From: Candidatus Latescibacterota bacterium
Lineage (GTDB): Bacteria > Latescibacterota > UBA2968
Assembly (NCBI GenBank): GCA_965204375.1
Contig: OZ241986.1
Location: 3,648,001 to 3,712,000 of the forward strand
Reading direction: 5' to 3'
DNA: 64,000 nucleotides
Of the stretch, positions 1-8,520 are shown piece after piece (the first letter of the stretch is position 1; each line of letters opens with the position of its first letter). The position numbers were made by a program, and so were the translations under genes. Below the pieces are notes generated by a model. The model was not told where the DNA came from. It saw only the letters and a program-made list of their open reading frames with translations, and ran no database searches.

Positions 1-1
1 A

Positions 2-3000
2 TCTGTTCCAGACCATCAGCAGGTTGTTGCTTACAAGACCGACAGTGACCTGTATCGTCCTGGGACATTAAAATTGATTTCTTTATCCTCGTTTCAATGC
101 CGAGGTCATGCCCGAATATCTGACGCAGTAAGCAATCCACCTCCTGTTTTACAACGTGGAAGCGGTGTGTTTGAACAAGAGATCACGCTTCAGAGAATAG
201 GCACACATGAAATGGTTGTGTTCAGTGCCCCAGAGGTAAGTGTTACTACTATTGAAAAGCTCTCAGAGGACTCCCCCCACCTATCCTCCCCAGATAGGCC
301 AGCCACGTTTACCATTGATGTTGAGCACAATGACATAATAAATATTTCTACCTTAGGACAAGATGGTCAAACACTTGGAAACTGGACCCTACGAATTCTC
401 GTTGAAGAATCTTTAGAGAGTGCTCCTCGTACACGTTTCGAGTCCCTCGTAAGGGCACACCAAGAGAACCGAGGGAACGCAAGACCTGTGAGACCTACTG
501 TTTCTGAGGTAAGACGTTTGGAGGAATCCTATCTCCAGAGTCAGGAAAGTTGGAAGGGAATGGTAGCCTGTTGGTCGACAACAACCAAGGTTTTTGAAAA
601 AATTGATTGGACACAGCGTTGCATAGGTAATATCCCTTTGACAGAAATCTTATCACCTGACTTAGACAAAATAACACCCCCGACATCCTATCTTTCTAAA
701 AGGGAAGACATAAGGCAGAAACTGGAGACCGCACATCGAACAATCGGCGAGATTAATCTTGATGACCAAAACTTGATTGCAACTGCAACTGATTATCTGA
801 ATGATTATTTGGTCTGGTTAAAACAAAAACCCGAGGTAGCGGTCTGGACGGATTGCATTGCTATTCATGCACCTTCACAAAATATACAAGCAGGGCAAGT
901 GATAGCAACCGGAGAACCAATTGGCCTTTTACTTTCACCCCTGCATCCCCTACGTTTTGCTTGGCACTGCCATTCCCAGCATGTGTTGCAAGAATCACTT
1001 TCAACGAAACGGTGTCCAGCAGCAGGATTGCTGGACCCATCGGCTTGCCCTGCCTTGTTCTCGCTACCTCTTTACAGAGGAGAAACACAGGCAATTTGGC
1101 GAACGTTTGTGACAGTAGGCTGCAACGAGCCACATTGGTTATTGCTGTGGAATGTCGATCATATTGGGGATTCTGAAGAAAAAAGATGCCTGATTTCCAT
1201 CCTGATAAATCTTGGTATTATACCCACGGGGTTAAGTGGTGGATTCACTGGCTCCCAAACCCAGAGGGCCCTAGAGGAAGTTTCGAGTATTCTATCTGCC
1301 AGAGCATCCCTGAGAGTGGGATTTATCGGTGGTAGTGAAGAATCCTTTAACTGTGTTGATGGCCTCATCGAATGGTGCACTAAACACTTCCACTCGGATG
1401 AAGAAGAAGATAAAATCAGTTTTCCCAGTTCCTGCGAAGTTTATGATCTTAGGGATAATCCTTCCTATCCTTCCGCAGCGAAAATAGCAGATTTATCTGA
1501 AGAAACAAGAGAACGGGTTAGATGGTTTTCAATAGGGACGAAGCAGCAATCACACAATATGGACTTAGTGGTTCTCGACCAAGTAGGTACGCTTGATCCA
1601 AATGGTATTCGCTCAACCTCGAAATCGTTAATCGCTAATGGGGCTCTCATGCGGTTCAATACTCGCCAAGACATAGGAAACGGTAGCATTTTACAGGATT
1701 CTCGTGCTTCCAGGTACGACGGATCATTATCTGGAATTGAGGAAAAAATAGTAAAGACGACAACCACATTAGAAAATCTTGCAAAAGAAAAAGGCGATAT
1801 CTCACACATAGAATTTAGACCTAATCAACAAGCCATAGGATCGCGCCTTGATCAATCCATGTTTGTTGCGGCCACATCAAGCCAGATTGATCCCGCCTGT
1901 TTCATTCGGGGAGCAGGAACACATGATGCTTATTTGTGGGATTACGAACTACCTGAGACATTAGGATTTGATGAAAACCAAGCAGGATATTATCTAATTG
2001 CCAAGCCATCCGATTCCATGAAAGATGCGATCCTTGCATCTGCAAGATTGATAACTAGTGCTTCCCTAAGGGCAGAGTCTCTCCTGGAAGAGATTTCAAA
2101 ACGAGGAATACCTGTGCTTAAGCAGCTGGCAAGCGGAGGGACGAGTGCGCGTGGTGAACTAGGCGTATTATTAGCTGTTCGCCTGATCCAAGACGCTTTT
2201 CGACAGGGTGGAAGTGGTATACGACTTCCTGTCATAACTGATGAATGTATGCATGTGTTATTGCCTGTAGATTCCTACTGGAAACCACTCTCTCAATTTC
2301 GTAAAATCCTCGATCCAAAGAGTTCCCACGAAAGACCGGACATTCTGGTAATTGCTATCCACTTTCCTAAAAATGAACAAGTAAGAGTCAAAGTTAAGAT
2401 AACCCCTGTTGAAGTTAAATTCCGTAACAGCACAATGCCTAATGGAGAAGTAAGACAGGCCCTGAGACAGGCAGAAAATTTGGGTGGATTGTTAAGAAAA
2501 ATCTGGGGATCAACTCCAGAAAACGAGCTATGGAGTGTATGTTCAAAATCCCTGCTTTGTCAATGTTTAGAACATGCTTTTCGTATCTATGCTGATTCCA
2601 ATATCCACGGTCTATCAGACGATGAATGGACAAAAAAACACGAAGATGTTCTACACGATATCCTTACGGGACAGGCTTCGATAATCGTTAATCAGGCTGG
2701 CCGGTTGCTTGTATTTGACCAATCAAATAATACCTCCATAAATGATATGGATGGCGACGGTCAGAGCGATACCGCCATTTTATCTTCTAAGGATGCCGAT
2801 TACTTACTCAGTGGTAACGGTAGCTTATCTCCAAAAGCACAAAATGTAGTACGACTCTTGGACTTTTCTTTTTCTGAGTGTATTTCACAACAAACTTCAC
2901 CAAGTAGTACTGGGACAGGTGATAATAGATCAGAAGTTATCGAGCCTATAGAAACAAGGGCATCAAGTGCGGATTTAGCGGGAGAAATTACTGTTCAAGA

Positions 3001-4072
3001 ACCTGAAGAAACAAACCAGAGCGGAGATCAGATATCCGAACTCCAAGAAAAAAAAGATAGTACTTCTCCTGTCCCGTCCGAAGTAAGAGAATTAGTTCGG
3101 CAAGCCTTTGATGGATTTATTGGTAATGAACCTGCTGTAAAACGTGTTTCTAATGACTTGTTACGCGCCCTGATTGAAAAACCACCCCACTTGCCCAAAA
3201 ACTACCTTTTTACGGGTTTACCGAGTACCGGAAAGACAGAATTTGCCCGCAGGATAGCGAAAGCACTCAGATTGCCGTTTGTCCAGTTAGACGGACGCGG
3301 GGTAGGCACGCGGGAACGGCTCTTCGATCTCGTAAAGGGAGAACTCAATCAACAGGATCTCTCAATATCACAGGTGGGACAACAGTCAGGGCTACCCTTG
3401 ATAGAATATCCTCCTCTCATCATTTTTATTGATGAAGTGCATCTGGTGCCAAAAAGTGTCCAAGAAAGCCTACTTACCATGTTAGAAGCCATGGATAGAA
3501 CTGTTATCCTATCTGATCAAGTTGCCAAGATGAACAAGGCCACTTTCCTGTTTGCTACCACGAGAGCATCGCAAGTGGACGCGGCTTTTCGCAGTCGGTG
3601 TGCGGAAGTCCAACTCAGGGAGTACACGAAATCCGAGGTAGCAGAAATCCTTCGCCGAAGAATTTCTGAAGAATGGCCTGAAGACATTCATCTGGAAATT
3701 GCAAAACTCGGTCGTTGTGTTCCTCGTGTAGCCATTGAGCTTGCACGAGAACTGGAAACGGAAATAACCGTATCGGAACATCCGGAGAGGAGTTTAGAAG
3801 AGCACTTAGAGGAAGTACAAAAAGCCAGAGAAATAGACGTTTTGGGATTAACCCTCACAGATCGCCAATATCTCACTGTGTTGGAAAAGGAAGGGAAACC
3901 TGTTGGTGAGAAAGCTATTATCAACATCCTCGGAGCCGTGGACAAGGATAGGATAATAAACGAAATTGAGCCCTTTCTACGGAGATTAGGATTTATAAAA
4001 CTTGGTGGGCAAGGAAGAGAAATAACACCTGAAGGTATAGATTACATCCTTTCAAAAAGACGTGAAGAATAA
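2..4072 (+). CDS. Giant putative defence protein, 5'-truncated by the window edge: DptH-like N-terminal region + PD-(D/E)xK nuclease-like motif + C-terminal RuvB-like AAA+ ATPase/winged helix
   Basis: Frame is open from position 2, with no stop upstream of 74. Motifs: LLLSPLHPLRFAW; ERPDILV...PVEVKFR; FDGFIGNE...LFTGLPSTGKT (Walker A); IIFIDEVH (Walker B); ATTR...AFRSR; RuvB-like tail GLTLTDRQYL...KPVGE...EIEPFLRRLGFI...GREIT. Confidence 0.7.
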   Translation, partial: SVPDHQQVVAYKTDSDLYRPGTLKLISLSSFQCRGHARISDAVSNPPPVLQRGSGVFEQEITLQRIGTHEMVVFSAPEVSVTTIEKLSEDSPHLSSPDRPATFTIDVEHNDIINISTLGQDGQTLGNWTLRILVEESLESAPRTRFESLVRAHQENRGNARPVRPTVSEVRRLEESYLQSQESWKGMVACWSTTTKVFEKIDWTQRCIGNIPLTEILSPDLDKITPPTSYLSKREDIRQKLETAHRTIGEINLDDQNLIATATDYLNDYLVWLKQKPEVAVWTDCIAIHAPSQNIQAGQVIATGEPIGLLLSPLHPLRFAWHCHSQHVLQESLSTKRCPAAGLLDPSACPALFSLPLYRGETQAIWRTFVTVGCNEPHWLLLWNVDHIGDSEEKRCLISILINLGIIPTGLSGGFTGSQTQRALEEVSSILSARASLRVGFIGGSEESFNCVDGLIEWCTKHFHSDEEEDKISFPSSCEVYDLRDNPSYPSAAKIADLSEETRERVRWFSIGTKQQSHNMDLVVLDQVGTLDPNGIRSTSKSLIANGALMRFNTRQDIGNGSILQDSRASRYDGSLSGIEEKIVKTTTTLENLAKEKGDISHIEFRPNQQAIGSRLDQSMFVAATSSQIDPACFIRGAGTHDAYLWDYELPETLGFDENQAGYYLIAKPSDSMKDAILASARLITSASLRAESLLEEISKRGIPVLKQLASGGTSARGELGVLLAVRLIQDAFRQGGSGIRLPVITDECMHVLLPVDSYWKPLSQFRKILDPKSSHERPDILVIAIHFPKNEQVRVKVKITPVEVKFRNSTMPNGEVRQALRQAENLGGLLRKIWGSTPENELWSVCSKSLLCQCLEHAFRIYADSNIHGLSDDEWTKKHEDVLHDILTGQASIIVNQAGRLLVFDQSNNTSINDMDGDGQSDTAILSSKDADYLLSGNGSLSPKAQNVVRLLDFSFSECISQQTSPSSTGTGDNRSEVIEPIETRASSADLAGEITVQEPEETNQSGDQISELQEKKDSTSPVPSEVRELVRQAFDGFIGNEPAVKRVSNDLLRALIEKPPHLPKNYLFTGLPSTGKTEFARRIAKALRLPFVQLDGRGVGTRERLFDLVKGELNQQDLSISQVGQQSGLPLIEYPPLIIFIDEVHLVPKSVQESLLTMLEAMDRTVILSDQVAKMNKATFLFATTRASQVDAAFRSRCAEVQLREYTKSEVAEILRRRISEEWPEDIHLEIAKLGRCVPRVAIELARELETEITVSEHPERSLEEHLEEVQKAREIDVLGLTLTDRQYLTVLEKEGKPVGEKAIINILGAVDKDRIINEIEPFLRRLGFIKLGGQGREITPEGIDYILSKRREE

Positions 4073-4162
4073 ACATAATGTTTTAAAAAAAGTGCGAAAT
4101 ATTGTCAAAATTGTGATGGTACTGAGCACAGGCTTGAGTATAGCTGACTGGAGCAATCTGGC

Positions 4163-4224
4163 GCGGTTAGAGTGCTTGCTTGACATGCAAGAGGTCACTG
4201 GTTCAAGCCCAGTATCGCCCACCA
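4163..4224 (+). pseudogene. 3' fragment of tRNA-Val(GAC), probable attR site of an integrated element
   Basis: GGTTAGAG-TGCTTGC TTGACAT GCAAG-AGGTC-ACTGGTTCAAGCCCAGT-ATCGCCCACCA gives an anticodon arm (GAC), T arm and CCA. The expected 5' GGGCGATTAGCTCAG is replaced by GAGCAATCTGGC, so the acceptor and D stems cannot form properly. Confidence 0.8.
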
Positions 4225-4232
4225 TTAAAAAC

Positions 4233-4270
4233 AATGGGTTACGCAAATTTATGCGTAACCCATTTTCCTT
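4233..4270 (+). terminator. Rho-independent terminator-like hairpin after the tRNA-Val fragment
   Basis: AATGGGTTACGCA-aattta-TGCGTAACCCATT followed by TTCCTTT. Confidence 0.7.
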
Positions 4271-4326
4271 TGATGCCCATCTGGATGCAGCCTTTTTCGG
4301 TTGTAACGTGTGCTATAAAGAGTTTC

Positions 4327-4719
4327 TCAATTATTGCCAATGAGCATATCATCTACAATGTTAACGATCTGGGGAACGCTTGACACCAGAAAGATAATAT
4401 TCAGCGACCGGGGATCAATCTGTTTAGGGATTTGTATGGCTGTGCTCTCAATGTTATTGCATATAGCCTTAGCATCTGGTGTGTCATCGACAAAAGGATC
4501 AATAACCTGTATAAGCCGTCTCTCTGGGGTCTCGGTCTGCACAGTCAGTTGCTCCACAAAATGCTTATCCTTATCTGTTTTCCATCGTGCGATATTCCAG
4601 GTTTCTGAAATAGCTACCTGAATCTGATTTGAACTTTCCTCCTGCATCGCCTGATTATACAGATCCAAGACTTCCTCAGCAAAATCATAATCTTTCTTAA
4701 ATGGAATTAGATTCTTCAT
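4327..4719 (-). CDS. Hypothetical protein (start uncertain: 4719 or 4782)
   Basis: ORF downstream of and co-oriented with 4779..6116; no recognisable motif. Confidence 0.4.
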   Translation of the reverse strand: MKNLIPFKKDYDFAEEVLDLYNQAMQEESSNQIQVAISETWNIARWKTDKDKHFVEQLTVQTETPERRLIQVIDPFVDDTPDAKAICNNIESTAIQIPKQIDPRSLNIIFLVSSVPQIVNIVDDMLIGNN

Positions 4720-4778
4720 CAATTGGCTGTAAGAACATATGTAAACTCCCATCAGGACGACGGTATTGAATGTTGGGA

Positions 4779-6116
4779 TCATAGTTTTTCTTTTAATTCA
4801 CTGATCACTTTATTCACCTTGGACCAGAGAGTAGTGCTCCCATGTAAGCCTCCTGCCAACCCGATGCTGATGAAGCCATCACCAGAATCATCAGGATGTC
4901 TTGGCAGCTCAAGTATCTCATAGCCCGATACTGAATGACGTACAGATTTTAAAGCTAAATCCCTTAGTACTTTCACTTCATTGTCAAGCTTTTGGTCATC
5001 CCATATACTTAAATCCGAAAATGAAAAATTCATAGGTGGTGGTTTGAATTCTTCATGGAAAAACGGTAAGATCAATCTCATAATGTTATCTAGATCTTTC
5101 GAGAAACCCCTTGTTGTTAGAGGCGGTTTGTAAAGCACTACAAGCTTCACAGGAACAAGAAGCGGCATCAACGTTGAGAATTTCTCTCTATATGCATGCA
5201 TCGATTCCTTTGCTTCTTCCCTAAAATTCTTGCTCTCACCTTCACTGACTGGAACAGTGGGAAGCTGAATTTTGATCGGTGAGTGTACGATCCATTTTGC
5301 AAGTCCGGCTGAATATTTCTGTACAAACTGCTCAAGATTTGGAAATGTGCCTAGACCACGATGCAAGGTTCCTGACGCTCGGTATAGAATACTGGCCTCC
5401 CGGATGCCCAATTCACCCTGTCTTAAGAATGCGTTCTGGTCCTGCATCCGGCTGTATTTAACGAGATTGTCATACGCGTTTTTTCCTAATGATTTGATAT
5501 AATAATCCTTATCAGACTTAATACTGCTTAAGTGAGAGAATTCATCAAGGTTATCATCATCGAAGTCTAATCTGAAACTGCTATAGTCATCTATATATTC
5601 GTTATAATTACCACTCAATATCTCTTCCGCTAATTTCAAGTCCTGAAGAAAATAACCCATTGGCATAAACTGACCTGATATGCCTGATTCTTTTCCACCT
5701 AGCGAGTAGCTGATTGCAAGATACTTTATCTGACGATCATCCTGATAAACCAACCCTTTTCTCGTAATACCACTGTCACGTAAAGGCTTGCCAAAGAGAT
5801 CTAAGATATTTTTCGTTGCGGTATGGATGTGAGGGGGATTGGGAGAGGTAGTATTGATCCACACTTCGGCAGCTACGCTTCCCCTAAACGACCTTTTGCA
5901 TCTTTCTTTCATTTGACCCAAAATGGTAGTCTGAAAGCTAATTTTTTCTGCCATCCTCATTGCTCTCTTAGATTTGGGTTCCTCGGCAATGTCATAATAA
6001 CCCCACCCCCGAAACCGGCGCCATTGGTGACGTCCGATCTGTGCTTTAGGCGTCTTAAGAAATTCGGATTTGCTGCCTGAGCTGTCAAATAAGCTTCTGA
6101 AATTCATCATCTTCAT
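4779..6116 (-). CDS. Hypothetical protein with two degenerate RusA-like (Holliday junction resolvase) repeats
   Basis: Repeat 1 VAAEVW...PPHIHTATKNILDLF...LVYQDDRQIKYL and repeat 2 PVKLVVLYKPP...SKDLDNIMRLIL both resemble the RusA pattern DxDN-K-D...DDxQ. Confidence 0.5.
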   Translation of the reverse strand: MKMMNFRSLFDSSGSKSEFLKTPKAQIGRHQWRRFRGWGYYDIAEEPKSKRAMRMAEKISFQTTILGQMKERCKRSFRGSVAAEVWINTTSPNPPHIHTATKNILDLFGKPLRDSGITRKGLVYQDDRQIKYLAISYSLGGKESGISGQFMPMGYFLQDLKLAEEILSGNYNEYIDDYSSFRLDFDDDNLDEFSHLSSIKSDKDYYIKSLGKNAYDNLVKYSRMQDQNAFLRQGELGIREASILYRASGTLHRGLGTFPNLEQFVQKYSAGLAKWIVHSPIKIQLPTVPVSEGESKNFREEAKESMHAYREKFSTLMPLLVPVKLVVLYKPPLTTRGFSKDLDNIMRLILPFFHEEFKPPPMNFSFSDLSIWDDQKLDNEVKVLRDLALKSVRHSVSGYEILELPRHPDDSGDGFISIGLAGGLHGSTTLWSKVNKVISELKEKL

Positions 6117-6120
6117 ATTC

Positions 6121-6705
6121 TCATTTACCTGAATATCCTACAGAAAGTATTTCAGCAATTTTATCCAGATAGGCTTTCAGGGACAATCCGTGACTTCTTG
6201 CCAGAATCCCCAGCGTATCCACCTTTGTCCGTTCTCCCTTTTCGATTCTGCGCACATGGCGTTCCGAAAGACTCTGAATATCGGTTTGCTTAAGCCTACA
6301 CTGTTTTCGAAATGCGGCAACGGCCTCTCCGAACCGAATGTCAGACATCAATCTTTCCCGATCCTTTTTTTCGCGCCACTCATCATCTTTCAGGTATCGA
6401 ACAGCATCCAGGTCGATATGTACATCAGCCTCAGGCCAATGGATATAACTGCCTTCGCTGGAGATGGTAAATGAAGAACGCTGTTCTTCTGGTATGCTCT
6501 TGAGTGCAGGCATTTCTTCAAAGCCAACTCTGAATAGGGTATGGTCACAGGCCACGACAAAAAGCTCATCATCAATAACCTGTGCAGTGGCAATTAGCTG
6601 ATCCGGACATCCAAGACTCCAGGCCGTGAGCACGCGCTTTGGCACATCTTTATCTGAATGCACAAGAATGTTTCGAGTCATTCTCAGTTTTGCCTCATAA
6701 AGCAT
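6121..6705 (-). CDS. DUF2442-like domain + C-terminal XRE-type HTH protein (antitoxin/regulator-like)
   Basis: ISSEGSYIHWPEADVHIDLDAV (DUF2442-like); FGEAVAAFRKQCRLKQTDIQSLSERHVRRIEKGE (HTH_3-like). Confidence 0.65.
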   Translation of the reverse strand: MLYEAKLRMTRNILVHSDKDVPKRVLTAWSLGCPDQLIATAQVIDDELFVVACDHTLFRVGFEEMPALKSIPEEQRSSFTISSEGSYIHWPEADVHIDLDAVRYLKDDEWREKKDRERLMSDIRFGEAVAAFRKQCRLKQTDIQSLSERHVRRIEKGERTKVDTLGILARSHGLSLKAYLDKIAEILSVGYSGK

Positions 6706-6712
6706 CTGTGGT

Positions 6713-6755
6713 AAAACGGGTAGAGAGCCCTGTGATACTCTACCCGTTTTTTATT
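6713..6755. terminator. Terminator-like hairpin
   Basis: AAAACGGGTAGAG...CTCTACCCGTTTTTT. Confidence 0.6.
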
Positions 6756-6871
6756 TCGAAAAAATTTCACATCCTCTGAATCTTTCATCTCTTCGGCTTT
6801 GTCAGAGTCGATACCGCACCAAAACAATGCATAAATGCATAAATGATGGGAGGGGAAAGGAGACTGAAAAC

Positions 6872-7411
6872 ATGCCAGACGAAAGCAACAAACTCTACCT
6901 CTATGAAGCTCTGGAACTCAGGGCTGAATACGATGCCAGGATCAAAACCCTGAAAGATTGCCTGCCAGAAACCAGGCAAAATCGCAATCGATCATTTTTC
7001 AATCGCGATGAAGAGGGCCAATATCGCCCCAATTCCGGGTTCGACATCTCTGAAGTACGCGATCAGATCAAAGCGCTGGAATACAAACGGCGCAAGCTCA
7101 ACAGTGCCATTCAGCAGACCAATTTTCAGCATCAGATGGAACATGATGGCGACACCATCAACCTCAACGAGGCGCTGGAATTGCGAAAAGGCTTGAATGT
7201 ACAAATCGGCGAGCTACACACGCAAGTCGTGGACGCAGCATACCAGCGGGTAATCTACAAAGAAGACCGCGACATTGTAGAACCCAACGAATTGTCATAT
7301 CCCGACAGCGTCCAGGACCTTGAAAGTGTGCGATTGGCTTTTCGGGCGTTAAACAGAAAGTTGCGATCAGCATCTTTTGAAGCCATCGTAGCCTTTCAGG
7401 ACGAGCAGTAA
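6872..7411 (+). CDS. DIP1984-family (DUF6847-like) coiled-coil protein
   Basis: RBS AAGGAG before ATG 6872. Two internal repeats: LYEALELRAEYDARIKTL / LNEALELRKGLNVQIGEL and RKLNSAIQQTNF / RALNRKLRSASF, matching the family pattern LxEALxLR...IQxxN. Confidence 0.7.
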   Translation: MPDESNKLYLYEALELRAEYDARIKTLKDCLPETRQNRNRSFFNRDEEGQYRPNSGFDISEVRDQIKALEYKRRKLNSAIQQTNFQHQMEHDGDTINLNEALELRKGLNVQIGELHTQVVDAAYQRVIYKEDRDIVEPNELSYPDSVQDLESVRLAFRALNRKLRSASFEAIVAFQDEQ

Positions 7412-7416
7412 TCATC

Positions 7417-7617
7417 AATCCGAAAGGAGACAGGGGAGCAAGCGCGACTGCTTCGGTGACGGAGCATAGCCCAGACTGTGGCATCTGTAAAAGCCATCCT
7501 CTTGAGGGGTGACGCTCATAACGTCCGGCAAAGCACCAGACCATTGAGCATCAAACCTCAGAGCAAACAAAGACTCACAGCCAAAAAGCCTTCAGGCTCC
7601 GCATCTCTTTTCGGATT
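7417..7617 (+). ncRNA. Putative ~200-nt structured ncRNA directly downstream of the DIP1984-family gene
   Basis: Closing stem AATCCGAAAGGAGA (7417-7430) pairs with TCTCTTTTCGGATT (7604-7617), extended by GGAGC/GCTCC. Several internal hairpins and an A/C-rich segment; no credible ORF. Confidence 0.55.
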
Positions 7618-7625
7618 CCCACATC

Positions 7626-8492
7626 CTATCCAATCGCCGATCGTTTTGGCAGCGCGGCTCTAAACGCCGCCACACTCTCCCACTCGGAACCCAGTGCGTG
7701 CCGCGAGAATATCGGATCTGGATGCCGATACATCAAATGCGCAGTGCGTCGAATCCGCTGCGTCTGCCGGACAGTCCCGCAGTGATAATTGGCAATATTG
7801 AACATCACAGCAGACCCCGCAGGCGCGTGGACATCGACCCGACCAATCCGTCGGGGATTTGTGCGACCAAAGGAATCTGTCCACATCGGCTTATCCGGAT
7901 CCACATACGCCGTCTCACCATCGTCAATCCGCAAAACACCCTCGCCCCATCCGGTTTTCCCCTCCCGCGTCTTGGGCAATTGTCGCTTGGTCTCGGCACT
8001 CTCTGGAATAAGACTCGTACAGTGGGACTCGGCATCCACATCGTCCAGATAGTAAATCACCTGTATCGCCGGGGCAAAAAACTCATTCCTATCCGCACCC
8101 TCTACAATACCATTGTACTCCCGGTGCCACTGCCGTGAGAGACAAATCGGATCCCCCCCGTCAATATCCTCTGGCGGATCGGCGGCGCACGCCTCGCGCC
8201 GCAAAAAACTCAGACTGCTAAACTGAACACCCGCTCCGAGAATGCGGCGCACCAGTGGCGCAACCGACGGATGGTGAACCAGGCCATCCAGCGCCTCTGT
8301 CCTGTGCATCAGTTCCGGCGCCCTGCAGCCCACCGCTATATGACCCGGACGCGGTCCAGGCTCCCATTCCTTCGGGTGCGCGGCCACATCGGCATCAATC
8401 CCATCGTTAATCGCCGTCACCTCCTCCGGTGAAAGCGCCCCCTCCACCACGGCATACCCGTTCTTCGCAAAACATCTCAGCATCTCGTCCAT
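7626..8492 (-). CDS. Phytanoyl-CoA dioxygenase (PhyH) family Fe(II)/2OG oxygenase
   Basis: FAKNGYAVVEGALSPEEV; WHRE (HxD/E); AGSAVMFNIANYHCG...R; RBS AAGGAG before ATG 8492. Confidence 0.85.
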   Translation of the reverse strand: MDEMLRCFAKNGYAVVEGALSPEEVTAINDGIDADVAAHPKEWEPGPRPGHIAVGCRAPELMHRTEALDGLVHHPSVAPLVRRILGAGVQFSSLSFLRREACAADPPEDIDGGDPICLSRQWHREYNGIVEGADRNEFFAPAIQVIYYLDDVDAESHCTSLIPESAETKRQLPKTREGKTGWGEGVLRIDDGETAYVDPDKPMWTDSFGRTNPRRIGRVDVHAPAGSAVMFNIANYHCGTVRQTQRIRRTAHLMYRHPDPIFSRHALGSEWESVAAFRAALPKRSAIG

Positions 8493-8520
8493 CGCATCGC
8501 TCCTTTGAAAAGACACCGCG

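Noticed and set aside
3090-4072. Housekeeping ruvB
   Set aside because: The RuvB-like region is the in-frame C-terminus of a >1300-aa protein, there is no ruvA/ruvC nearby, and the motifs are divergent
4151-4224. Functional tRNA-Val(GAC)
   Set aside because: The 5' acceptor strand has two mismatches and the 5' D-stem strand is missing; treated as an att remnant
4052-4343. Short ORFs overlapping tRNA sequences (also 33740-34079, 44895-45077, 56452-56667)
   Set aside because: Translations such as MVGDTGLEP, MVGARGFEP and MVGATGFEP are tRNA antisense artefacts
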